Below are positions 1-8,836 of a DNA stretch of 61,273 nucleotides, piece after piece. The stretch covers positions 1 through 61,273 of the forward strand of contig JAYTCQ010000402.1 in the NCBI GenBank assembly GCA_043736395.1, in the 5' to 3' direction. The DNA is from Blastocatellia bacterium. GTDB taxonomy: Bacteria > Acidobacteriota > Blastocatellia > RBC074. The translations under genes were made by a program, and so were the position numbers. Numbering within the stretch: position 1 is the stretch's first letter; every line of letters starts with the position of its first letter. Below the pieces are notes generated by a model that saw only the letters and a list, made by a program, of their open reading frames with translations, did no database searches and was not told the DNA's origin.

Positions 1-186
1 CCCTTCGTGCGCGTAGACAGCGTCGTCGTATCCCGCCAAATCACCTCGATGCAGGTTCGTGAACAGCATCAAAGTGGCTAAGATGAAGACAAGGCCAAAA
101 AGAACCGATGGCTGTGCCAGGCTGTGCCAGGCTGTGCCAGGCCGAGCCAGGCCGAGCCAGAATATAGCTCGCTTTATAAGCATCAT
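1..186 (-). CDS. N-terminus of ArnT/PMT-like (GT-C) membrane glycosyltransferase, runs off the window
   Basis: Manual translation MMLIKRAIFWLGLARPGTAWHSLAQPSVLFGLVFILATLMLFTNLHRGDLAGYDDAVYAHEG: a TM helix followed by an acidic DD-x-x-Y motif like the ArnT DE-x-x-Y; ATGA overlap with ORF 183..452. Confidence 0.55.
   Translation of the reverse strand, partial: MMLIKRAIFWLGLARPGTAWHSLAQPSVLFGLVFILATLMLFTNLHRGDLAGYDDAVYAHEG
111..160. repeat. 10-bp tandem repeat, (GCTGTGCCAG)x3 then (GCCGAGCCAG)x2
   Basis: Read directly from the sequence. Confidence 0.95.
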
Positions 187-544
187 AACTTGCTATTTAT
201 AGAAAATTGGGCTGAGCGAAAAAAATGGTAACCAAATCTGTCTTTACGGCGTCTTACATCACAAGGACGTTCGGTCAAGAGGAAAGGAATTCTTTTTCGC
301 CAAGCTAAGAAAATCCAAGGGACTGGAAGGCTATGCTTTTCTAGGGCTGCGGTCTTCCTGTCCCATTTGTCACTAATGATTGATTGAGTTGCCGTTTCTG
401 TACAAAAGAAACCGCACAGAAACATAAGTACCACAAGTAAGTACCTAAGCAAAATTAATCCAGCGAATTCCGCCGAAGCGAGAAGAAACAGTTTGTATGT
501 CTGATGCTAGAGAGCGAACGCGCAGTGGGGTTTGCGCATCATCC

Positions 545-781
545 TTACGACACGTCCCGCGCTGATTTGAGGTCTGACAGGTCTGTACCGCACACCCAAC
601 GGAAAAAAGGTTGAAAAAGAGCCGCTCCCACATCCTCCACCCAGTCAAACAACTCTTTATGCGAAGTCGGTTTCGCTACCAGCACGAAGCCGTAGCGCAA
701 CTGCCGCAATAACTTGATGAACGGTTCATGCCCGAACAAATCATCGCCCGTCACCAGCATCGGAACGTGAAAAAATAACAT
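545..781 (-). pseudogene. Internal fragment of an ISNCY-like transposase
   Basis: VTGDDLFGHEPF...GFVLVAKPTSHKELFDWV resembles the GDDLY...KP.SH.L..W motif of ISNCY-type DDE transposases; both ends missing. Confidence 0.6.
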
Positions 782-837
782 ATAACGCTAGAATAGGAGA
801 AAGAGGGAAAGAGGGAAAAAGATAACGAAGAGAAGCT

Positions 838-1139
838 ATGAGAAAAACGTTAGAACAGCAATTTTTTGAGACATTAGACGAAAAGCAAAAGCGTCTGTAT
901 GCGGGGTTGAGAGCAAACGAACGAGGCTACTTTGGAGTGCGGCAAGTGTCAGAAGAACTCGGACTTCATTCGCACACAATTCGTGCGGGACAAAAGGATT
1001 TAGTGGCACTTTCGCAAGGCGCGAAATTGCCTGCGCGAGTCCGTAAAGCGGACGGCGGGCGAAAAAAAACATTGCCACTAAAGCAGAGTTGACGACTATT
1101 TTTGATGAAATCGTGGAAGCCCAAACAGCGGGTTCACCT
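838..1139 (+). mobile_element. Truncated ISAzo13-like transposase (N-terminal HTH) with A8 frameshift site
   Basis: LDEKQKRLYAG...GVRQVSEELG...TIRAG...RVRKADGGRKK; after the A8 run (1062-1069) the -1 frame continues IATKAELTTIFDEIVEAQTAGSP, then homology is lost. Confidence 0.7.
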
Positions 1140-1326
1140 TCTTTCCTATTTTCTCTTCCGCGAGATTAACACCTTCTTTTCTCAGACGACATCTTGGCGG
1201 GCTTTCTCTATAGCTGTGTATGGTTTGGTTTCAGTTCGTGTTTCCTGGGACAATTCAATTGGGAAAGAATCTTGCCCTGACTAAAAAGTTGCCGTGCAGT
1301 TATTGCCAGCAGCGCGAACTAACAGT

Positions 1327-2730
1327 TCACGCTACAGTTTTTCGACGATAATAAAAATAGATCGGCAATCCAATCAAAATCAAAACAATTCCTACCGTAG
1401 ATTCTAAAGGCTTTGTGAAGAGCGTATTAATAATTAACCAGCAAGCTACCAACACGAATACGACAGGGATCAGCGGATAGCCAAAAGTTTTATATGGTCG
1501 CGGCGCGTCTGGCATCTTTCGGCGCAGCACGAATACAGAAGAAGTCACCAGGCCATAAAAAATCCACGAAGCAAATAACAGGCAATCCGTTAATTGGTCG
1601 AATGTTCCTGACAACGCCAGAACGCAAGACCAGAGAGCTTGTACGATGAGCGAAAAAACAGGAACTCTGGTTCCTGCACTTAACCGCGCCATCGAAGGAA
1701 AAAACAGCCCATCCTTCGCCATCGCAAATGGGACGCGGGCATTCGATAAAATCGAACCATTCAACGCCCCAAAAGCTGAAATTACGAACGCGATAGAAAT
1801 AAGTTTTCCACCGTACTCGCCTAGAAAAGTTTGTGCGGCTTTGGCTGCGGCAGGTAAGGCATCGCGGTATTTGGTTGAATTCGCAGTCACGACTTCGCCG
1901 AACGGGAGCGCGTAAAAATACGAAAAATTCATCAGGCAATAAATCACCATGACGATCACCATTCCGGCTATCAGAGCAATGGGAATGTTGCGTCCGGGAT
2001 CGCGAACTTCGCCTGCTGCCATCGGCATATTATTCCATCCATCGTATCCCCAAAGTGCCGCGAGCATCGCCGTTCCGAACAGTGCAAACCCGCTCCATTC
2101 AGGCGTATTCGCGGGCGTCGCGAGGTTTGCGAGCGTCGCAGTTTTCGAGGCAAAAAATACGCCGCCAACAACAAACGCAATTCCTGCAATTTTTAGAACC
2201 GTCAGCAAAGATTGCACTTTTCCACCAACAACGACAGTTAAACAATTGATGGCGGTGAGCAATAAGATTACGGCGACGGCGACAATTTGTTTGGCTCCGA
2301 ATTGCCAGTTAATTGTTTGCCCAAGAAACGTAAAAGTTTTTTCCGCCCACACCGCATTGAGCGGCAAAAATGTTGAGAGAAAAATTGCAAAGCCTGCGCC
2401 GAGGCTGGCGATAGATGCGCTGCCTGCCACGATGAAACGCTGCCATCCGAAGAGGAAAGCCGAAGCTTCGCCATACGAATGTCGCAGATAAACATACTCT
2501 CCACCCGCGTGTGGCAGCATTGCGCCAAGCTCGGCATAAGTGAGAGCACCCGCCAGCGAAAGCAATCCGGCAGCAACCCAGGCAGCGAGAACGAGTGTTG
2601 GACTTCCGACCTGTTGCGCCATTGGAGCGGCTTTCAAAAATACGCCTGTACCGATGACAGTTCCGATAACGAGAGCGGTTGTATCGGTGAGCGTCAGACC
2701 GCGCAGGAGTTGGTTTTTTTCGTGTGCCAT
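1327..2730 (-). CDS. APC-family amino acid permease
   Basis: IGTGVF, YAELG, GGEY, YDGWN, RPYK motifs; about 12 TM segments. Confidence 0.9.
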   Translation of the reverse strand: MAHEKNQLLRGLTLTDTTALVIGTVIGTGVFLKAAPMAQQVGSPTLVLAAWVAAGLLSLAGALTYAELGAMLPHAGGEYVYLRHSYGEASAFLFGWQRFIVAGSASIASLGAGFAIFLSTFLPLNAVWAEKTFTFLGQTINWQFGAKQIVAVAVILLLTAINCLTVVVGGKVQSLLTVLKIAGIAFVVGGVFFASKTATLANLATPANTPEWSGFALFGTAMLAALWGYDGWNNMPMAAGEVRDPGRNIPIALIAGMVIVMVIYCLMNFSYFYALPFGEVVTANSTKYRDALPAAAKAAQTFLGEYGGKLISIAFVISAFGALNGSILSNARVPFAMAKDGLFFPSMARLSAGTRVPVFSLIVQALWSCVLALSGTFDQLTDCLLFASWIFYGLVTSSVFVLRRKMPDAPRPYKTFGYPLIPVVFVLVACWLIINTLFTKPLESTVGIVLILIGLPIYFYYRRKTVA

Positions 2731-2740
2731 TTGATTTTTA

Positions 2741-3145
2741 TTAATCCCAGATTGTTGTTACCAGACCGGATGCGTGAATAACAGAATCTCCGGTAATCAA
2801 GGGTAATCGAAGCCGCAAAGCTTCAGCTACAATTAAACGATCAAAGATGTCCGGGATGACGGTTAGGGTGTGACTTTGGATAACAGTTTCAGGAAATAAG
2901 GGAAGGAATTCAAAGCTGGCGCTGTTTCGCATCAACTCTAATTCGATCTCAAGTTGAGACATGATGATGCCTGGAATACGTCGTCTCTCAATCACCATAA
3001 TCATTTCAGCGATGACGACAGCTGGTATGTAAATCTTAGCATCGCCTTTCGCAGCATCAGTTAATACCGCGAGTGCCTCCTTGCCAAGTCGAGACTCTGC
3101 AAACAAATGCCAGATTAGCGCGTGAGTATCAGCTACATAATCCAT
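2741..3145 (-). CDS. PIN-domain (VapC-like) toxin
   Basis: DTHALIW, IAE, DIFDRLIVAEA, LITGD acidic PIN motif. Confidence 0.85.
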   Translation of the reverse strand: MDYVADTHALIWHLFAESRLGKEALAVLTDAAKGDAKIYIPAVVIAEMIMVIERRRIPGIIMSQLEIELELMRNSASFEFLPLFPETVIQSHTLTVIPDIFDRLIVAEALRLRLPLITGDSVIHASGLVTTIWD

Positions 3146-3492
3146 TACTCATCCGTTGCATCTGGTTTAGGCCATCGAGTATCAAAGTGATGAGCGCGTT
3201 CCTGACGAATTTCTTCCAGTGCATTGGCGACAGGGTCTTCATTATCGGGGATGGCAGTTAAATCCGCAGAAAACAATCCAGGCAAACGAAGGATTTTTCT
3301 ACCATCTGGCAAAATAGTTGTCCGTCGCTCGATTTCAGCTGCGAGAACAGAGTCTTTGATAAGTGTCTCTGACAAAGAAGGAGGAATAGTTTTCTCCAAA
3401 ATCAGCCGATATTGTTGGTGTTCCTGAACATCAAGCGGGGCTAAAGGTTTGAAAACACCATTCTCGTAAATTGCATCAATCACTGTTTGCAT
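3145..3492 (-). CDS. DUF104/AF2212-like antitoxin
   Basis: IDAIYENGVFKPL motif; stop overlaps the PIN gene start. Confidence 0.8.
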   Translation of the reverse strand: MQTVIDAIYENGVFKPLAPLDVQEHQQYRLILEKTIPPSLSETLIKDSVLAAEIERRTTILPDGRKILRLPGLFSADLTAIPDNEDPVANALEEIRQERAHHFDTRWPKPDATDE

Positions 3493-3549
3493 AAGATGAT
3501 TGCTCTCCTTTGAATCAAGGCTCGTAATAGATTCCAGTTTACAATTGAA

Positions 3550-4488
3550 TTAGTAAACGTCCAAGTCATGTCCCGACACAATCTTACCTTGATAGCCTTG
3601 CTGAATTTCGTCGAGTAAATCTTCTTCGGAGGTTCCCCAGAATAACTGATGATACAAAATCAGCAAGCCGGGTTTTGCTTTCGTAGCGATTTCTGCTAAC
3701 TCGCGAGATGAAGTGTGATAGCTCGAATGATATTTTTGCCAATCAGGAGTTCGTTTCAAAAATCCTGTCTGCGAATAGACTTCATGAATCAACACATCAC
3801 ATCCGTTACAAGCGTCAATGACGCTTTGGCTTGGAGCACAATCGCCGGAAATCACAATTGTTTTATCAGGCGTTTCGAAACGAAATCCATACGCTTCTTG
3901 CCATTTACCATGTTTGACCGCGAAGGCTTTGACAGTGACGTTGACATCTTTGTAAATCACGCCTGGTTTGATTTCGTGCGCGTTCACTTTGTAGCCTGTT
4001 TTGTTGGATGGTTCGCCGCCATTCAAGCGCATATTAATATCTTGTTTGTATGCTTTGACGATATTATTCGTCATCGCTTTAAGACCTTTAGAACCGAAAA
4101 CTTCGAGCGGGTCTTTGCGTTCTAAAACCCAGGGCGAAAAAATTAAATCCGCAAATCCAAGCGTATGATCGGAATGCAAATGCGTGACGAATGCTTTGCT
4201 GAGCTTCGGCATCGCCAAGCCTGTGACGCCTTTGCGACGCGCGGCTTCTGCACGACGAACTACGCCGGGGCCGAAATCAATGATGTACGGCGTGTCATTA
4301 ACGACGATGGCCACGGATGGACCGGAGCGGTCAGGATCGGCATTTGGTGTGCCTGTGCCGAGCATGACGATTTGAGTTTTTGAAGAAGGGTTTTGCGCAG
4401 AGGAAGCAATATGTATTAAAGCAAAAAAAGAAAGCCCGACCAAAAGCATTGAAATCGAAATTAAGCTTTTCATCGGGCGTTCCTCCAA
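3550..4488 (-). CDS. Exported MBL-fold metallohydrolase (RNase Z/AtsA arylsulfatase-like)
   Basis: LGTG, THLHSDH, ISGDC, LIHE, LYH motifs; N-terminal signal peptide; real start may be 4473. Confidence 0.8.
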   Translation of the reverse strand: MEERPMKSLISISMLLVGLSFFALIHIASSAQNPSSKTQIVMLGTGTPNADPDRSGPSVAIVVNDTPYIIDFGPGVVRRAEAARRKGVTGLAMPKLSKAFVTHLHSDHTLGFADLIFSPWVLERKDPLEVFGSKGLKAMTNNIVKAYKQDINMRLNGGEPSNKTGYKVNAHEIKPGVIYKDVNVTVKAFAVKHGKWQEAYGFRFETPDKTIVISGDCAPSQSVIDACNGCDVLIHEVYSQTGFLKRTPDWQKYHSSYHTSSRELAEIATKAKPGLLILYHQLFWGTSEEDLLDEIQQGYQGKIVSGHDLDVY

Positions 4489-4498
4489 TCACGTAATC

Positions 4499-5233
4499 TT
4501 ACAAAGATGGAACAGAATATTCCTTGAGAATTTTCCATAAAAGAATCGCGCTGCCATTATCGTCTTGTTTGATGACACGAAAAGCAACCAACGTATTTGA
4601 TTTTCGATACTGAACTGAACGCAACACGTAAGTATTGTTCGCAATCACTGGTAGCGAGGATTTATAAAGGACAGTTCCTATATTTTCACCTTGCTGAAAT
4701 TTCAAAAAATCACTTCGCGCAGCAGTCGCTTTTTTGGGTGCAGAGTATTGTGCAACGTATGAAATAGCAGAAGTATCTGAGCTAATTGAATCAAGCGAAA
4801 CATCTCCAAGGTTCACCATAAAGCCAAGATTCGCGCCGCCGCCACCTGTGAAAAAGAAGTTCTTTTCCAATCTTATATCTGCGCCTCTGGAGCCGCCGTA
4901 ATATTGTTGCCCAAATGAATAGTACGCACCACCAGCAAGCGATTTTTTAGGGTTAGAAAGTTCACGAGGCAATAAACGAATTAATCCCGAATCTTTCTGT
5001 TGTAAGAAATCTTTATAGGTAGCCTTTAAATCTGGGGACAATAGTAGAAGTTTTTTTTCGATGGAAGTCATCAATGGCACTTCAAAGCGTGTTGTATTCC
5101 AATACGCTTCAGCATCGCTATAACCTGATCCCGTTCCAAATGCGCCAGAGTCCATAGTTTGGGCTAAGATACTTATGGCGAGTAAAGAAATTGTAACCAA
5201 AACAAGCGTTGAAGATTTTATGAGCTGAGACAT
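4499..5233 (-). CDS. Exported hypothetical protein
   Basis: Signal peptide ending ILAQ, SD-like GAAAGGAAGG upstream, 244 aa, within a co-oriented run. Confidence 0.7.
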   Translation of the reverse strand: MSQLIKSSTLVLVTISLLAISILAQTMDSGAFGTGSGYSDAEAYWNTTRFEVPLMTSIEKKLLLLSPDLKATYKDFLQQKDSGLIRLLPRELSNPKKSLAGGAYYSFGQQYYGGSRGADIRLEKNFFFTGGGGANLGFMVNLGDVSLDSISSDTSAISYVAQYSAPKKATAARSDFLKFQQGENIGTVLYKSSLPVIANNTYVLRSVQYRKSNTLVAFRVIKQDDNGSAILLWKILKEYSVPSL

Positions 5234-5266
5234 GTTGAATCCTTCCTTTCGAAAATTTAGTTTTTC

Positions 5267-6661
5267 TTACATTTCATTGATGAGTAAATCTTCGTATGTG
5301 TCGCGCTTGCGAATGACTTCGACTTTGCCATCATCAACTAAAACGGCGGCTGGAAATGGACGACCATTATATGCCGTCATCTGCGACATAGTATAAGCTC
5401 CGGTATTAAGCATCGCAATAATTTCGCCGACGTTCATGTTTTTTGGCAGCAGACGGCAATCGGGCAAATGTCCATCGCCGTGCAAATCGAAATACACGTC
5501 GCCACCGTCGCACAGCGGGCCGGCCATTCGATAGCTGGCATCCTGGGCTTCACTGGCACGCGAAGCGTTTACGGCGTGGTAGTACCAGTGATACATCACC
5601 ATCGAAAGCATCAGGTTATATCCGGCATCTGTCAGCACCCAATTTTCTTTGGTTTCAGGACGCGATTTGATATTTCGTACCGTAGTCAAAATCGTTACCG
5701 CATCCGCAATGACACTGCGCCCTGGTTCCATCACGATTTCGATGTCGTTGAGCAAATGTTCCGCTCCGGCGTTGCGGGCGGATTCGCGGACGATTTTGAT
5801 GGCCGCGCCAATCGCTTCATCCGAAGTCAAAATCGCGCCGAGCATGTTGCGTTCGTCTTCAGAAATTTCTTCTGCTTGTGAGCGGTCGCGCAGGTAATTG
5901 ACCGGAATGCCTCCGCCGATATTGATGTGTTGTAACTGATGTCCGGTTTCTTTATGCAGCCAGACAACGTGTTCCCACATCGTCGCAAAAGCTTCTGCGT
6001 AAGGTTCAGGATCAGGCGTTTGCGATCCGACGTGAATGTGAATTCCAACTAAATTTATATGGTCAGGATTGCGGAGCGCACGCAACATGACTTCGCGTGC
6101 CTGCGACGGAGAAATTCCGAACTTGGAAGTATAAAGCGCGGTCTGCAATCCGGCGTGCGAGCGCGTACCGACTCCGGCGACTAAGCGGGCAGTAACGTTG
6201 GCACGTTTGTTGAGGCGCATCGCAACTTTTTCGACTAACTCTAATTCGTACGGCGAATCCAGATTGATCGCGTAAATTCCAGCTTCGATAGCTTCGGCAA
6301 TTTCCTGTTCAGTTTTTGAAATCCCGTTCATCTCAATTTGATCGGGACGAAATCCGGCTTTCAACGCACGAAATAATTCGCCGCCGGAATTGACTTCGAT
6401 ATCTATGCCTGCGGCCTGGACTACGCGCAGTACACCCAAAACATTGTTGGCTTTGGAGGCATAACAAAGTTTTAATTTCGGATGATGTTTTTTTGCTTCG
6501 AGCAAGCGCGCAATATTTTCACGAATGCGCGGAGCCGAAATCACAAACAGCGGCGTATCGAATTCTTTGACGAGTTCGGTCGTGTCTACGCCGTTGATGT
6601 GCAGGTGATTGTTATTTACTTCAAGATACTTCGGGATTGCCCAATCGGGTTGAGTCGTCAT
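5267..6661 (-). CDS. Group IV PLP-dependent decarboxylase (LysA/DokD-like)
   Basis: YASKAN (PLP lysine), SKFG, HVGSQ, GGG, EPGR, GPLCDGGD, GAY motifs. Confidence 0.85.
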   Translation of the reverse strand: MTTQPDWAIPKYLEVNNNHLHINGVDTTELVKEFDTPLFVISAPRIRENIARLLEAKKHHPKLKLCYASKANNVLGVLRVVQAAGIDIEVNSGGELFRALKAGFRPDQIEMNGISKTEQEIAEAIEAGIYAINLDSPYELELVEKVAMRLNKRANVTARLVAGVGTRSHAGLQTALYTSKFGISPSQAREVMLRALRNPDHINLVGIHIHVGSQTPDPEPYAEAFATMWEHVVWLHKETGHQLQHINIGGGIPVNYLRDRSQAEEISEDERNMLGAILTSDEAIGAAIKIVRESARNAGAEHLLNDIEIVMEPGRSVIADAVTILTTVRNIKSRPETKENWVLTDAGYNLMLSMVMYHWYYHAVNASRASEAQDASYRMAGPLCDGGDVYFDLHGDGHLPDCRLLPKNMNVGEIIAMLNTGAYTMSQMTAYNGRPFPAAVLVDDGKVEVIRKRDTYEDLLINEM

Positions 6662-6747
6662 TAGTAACAGCCTTTGTTTTATAAATTAAAAATGCAGGGG
6701 AATAATAGAACACGAATGATTTGGATGAAACGGGAACGAGGTTTTTA

Positions 6748-8241
6748 TTAATTCACTGCTTGCCACATAACTTCAATAGCAGCTTCTTCGCCAGTCCATA
6801 ATTTGAATTGTTCTCCGGCTTGCGCGATCAACATCGCCAAGCCGCCAAGCGTTTTACATCCCGCAGCTTTGGCATCTTTAAGCAATTGCGTTTCGAGCGG
6901 GTTGTAAATTAAATCATAAACCAGCTGCACATTTTTCAGTGCTTCAGGATTGATGGGACTGACGCCTTCATTGTGACCTTGCATCCCAATCGGAGTGCAA
7001 TTAATGACGATGTCGGCGGCTCCGTTGAAGTCTGAAATCGAAGCAGAATTTGCACTAAATTCATCTGCGAGAATTTTGGCTTTTGCAGCGTCGCGTGCAT
7101 AAATCGTGATGTCTGCTCCGCGTGCTTGTAAGCCGTAACAAATGGCTCTGGCTGCGCCGCCTGCGCCGATGATGGCGGCACGTGCGCCTTTTAATTCGAT
7201 CATTTTTTCCAGCGGATTCATCGCTCCGGCGACATCGGTATTGTGTCCGTGAAGCTCATTATTTTTGACGACGACGGTGTTGATTGCGCCAACCGCCTGC
7301 GCTTCGGGAGCAATGAAGTCAAGCTGCGGCATGATGCTGATTTTATGCGGGATCGTGATGCTTAAACCACGTAGGTTCCAATCGAATTTTTTAGTTTTCG
7401 GGTGCACAAAATCGCGGACGAATTCAGTTATATCGTCAACTTCAAAAGGCAAATAAACAGCATCACGGTTGAGAGATTTGAAGGCGGAATTATGAATTAA
7501 TGGCGAACGTGAATGACCGACGGGGTTCCCGGCTACACCGTAAATTTCGCTTGGTTTTGAAAGTTGATGCACGCGAAATAAATCCCGTAATTCCTCAGCC
7601 GTAGGTTGTCCGCTGGCACTTTCGGCTCCGCGTTTTAAGGCTCCAAAAGTGAGCATCGCGCCGCGTGAAAGTGCTAAAATTCTGGTCGCAATTCCGGGCA
7701 ATCCCATCCCTAAAATAATTGCAGGTTTTTCGCCGCGTTCCATTAAATCAAATAGCGGAAGGCAATCCGAAATTTGATTTACTTTGGTAGCGATTTTTAT
7801 GACAGCTGCCGGAGTTAGTGCGATGCGGTCATATATTTCGCAAATATTCACAGGGGTTTCATCGAAGTTGTGATTTGAGCAAATAATTTTATCCCACGAA
7901 ATCGGTAGAATTTTATTGGCAAGATGCTCAACCAAATCCAATTCAAAATCAGCAAAAGAAATTAGTTTTACGATTTCCGGTTTCAGGCTACACCAGAAAT
8001 TCAAGCGATTTTCCAATGATAAGTCTCGCATTCCTCCCTGTTCGCGTGGGCGAAAAGTGAACAGCAAAGGCTTGGAAATTTGATGTGCAGAAATATTTAT
8101 TAGAACTTCGTCAAGCTCAGATTCGGGCAGATAATCAATGCGCAGCTCAATGATGTCAGCCAATGGTGCGGCTTCCGCGATGGCGGCGATGAAGGCGGCG
8201 GCGTTTGTTTCGGTGATCGGAATACAAATGAATTGATGCAT
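6748..8241 (-). CDS. aroE: Bifunctional type I 3-dehydroquinate dehydratase / shikimate dehydrogenase (AroD-AroE fusion)
   Basis: ELRID, SNH, KIA, SASGQ (AroD) then HSRSPLIHN, TIPHK, AINT, NTD, GAGGAA, DLIYNP (AroE); start moved to ATG 8241 because the longer ORF overlaps tmRNA. Confidence 0.9.
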   Translation of the reverse strand: MHQFICIPITETNAAAFIAAIAEAAPLADIIELRIDYLPESELDEVLINISAHQISKPLLFTFRPREQGGMRDLSLENRLNFWCSLKPEIVKLISFADFELDLVEHLANKILPISWDKIICSNHNFDETPVNICEIYDRIALTPAAVIKIATKVNQISDCLPLFDLMERGEKPAIILGMGLPGIATRILALSRGAMLTFGALKRGAESASGQPTAEELRDLFRVHQLSKPSEIYGVAGNPVGHSRSPLIHNSAFKSLNRDAVYLPFEVDDITEFVRDFVHPKTKKFDWNLRGLSITIPHKISIMPQLDFIAPEAQAVGAINTVVVKNNELHGHNTDVAGAMNPLEKMIELKGARAAIIGAGGAARAICYGLQARGADITIYARDAAKAKILADEFSANSASISDFNGAADIVINCTPIGMQGHNEGVSPINPEALKNVQLVYDLIYNPLETQLLKDAKAAGCKTLGGLAMLIAQAGEQFKLWTGEEAAIEVMWQAVN

Positions 8242-8270
8242 TAAACGGGAAATTCCTAAAAAGTGATTTG

Positions 8271-8299
8271 TTGACACTCCAAGCTCTGACCCGTACACT
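8271..8299 (+). promoter_or_regulatory. Sigma70-type promoter of ssrA
   Basis: TTGACA-17 bp-TACACT, 46 nt upstream of the tmRNA. Confidence 0.75.
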
Positions 8300-8345
8300 C
8301 TAATTCGTCCGCGTTCCTCTTGTAAATACGAACGCTCTTTGAAGT

Positions 8346-8709
8346 GGGGGTGCACTGGTTTCGATGGGAGACCTGCAGCGACGGATGCATACCGGGATGC
8401 TTGTAACCCGTACTCTGCAAGCAAAACATAATTGCGAATACAGAACTCGCGATGGCTGCCTAGTTAACTCTAGTTCACAGCTCGTCCGCTCACGCTTTGT
8501 CTATAAGTGTGAATCCGGGCGTCACTTTTATAGACTGGTTCTCTAATGCAGGTCAGAATTAGAGAGCGAGATTTTCTGACATAGTTCACGCACGGTTCTT
8601 CGCCGATTCTGCTGCCGGGCGTGGATGAAATTTAAGCGAAACGGCTAAGTATGTAGATGCCTTCGGGAATGGCTGCCAGACGTCGGTTCGATTCCGACCA
8701 CCTCCACCA
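8346..8709 (+). ncRNA. ssrA: tmRNA; tag reading frame 8434-8463 encodes ANTELAMAA*
   Basis: 5' GGGGGTG...GGTTTCGA; 3' T-arm GTCGGTTCGATTCCGAC then CACCTCC-A-CCA (Ala acceptor with G.U pair); tag ends in AA. Confidence 0.95.
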
Positions 8710-8719
8710 AATTTTGATA

Positions 8720-8834
8720 AAAGCAAAAGGCAAATATCAAAGGTTAAAAAGCAAAAGGCAGAGTTTTTTTAGTAAATATATTTCTTCCGAAACAGCTTTT
8801 TGATTTTTGATATTTGCCTTTTGCCTTTTGCTTT
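8720..8834. repeat. Heptamer-rich inverted repeat (AAAAGGC/GCCTTTT) between ssrA and murI
   Basis: GCAAAAGGCAAATATCAAA (8723-8741) pairs with TTTGATATTTGCCTTTTGC (8806-8824). Confidence 0.85.
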
Positions 8835-8836
8835 CT

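Noticed and set aside
111-160. Possible CRISPR array
   Set aside because: Contiguous 10-bp units with no spacers, and no cas genes in the window
6748-8241. AroD-AroE fusion as a novelty
   Set aside because: Known in plants, Chlamydiae, Planctomycetes and other bacteria
8242-8546. N-terminal extension of the 558-aa aroDE ORF, and ORF 8364..8546
   Set aside because: Both overlap the tmRNA or its promoter; AroD homology starts at ATG 8241
8690-8709. Integrative element at the tmRNA or tRNA-Leu 3' end
   Set aside because: No duplicated 3' end or integrase seen; housekeeping genes (murI, tig) follow directly
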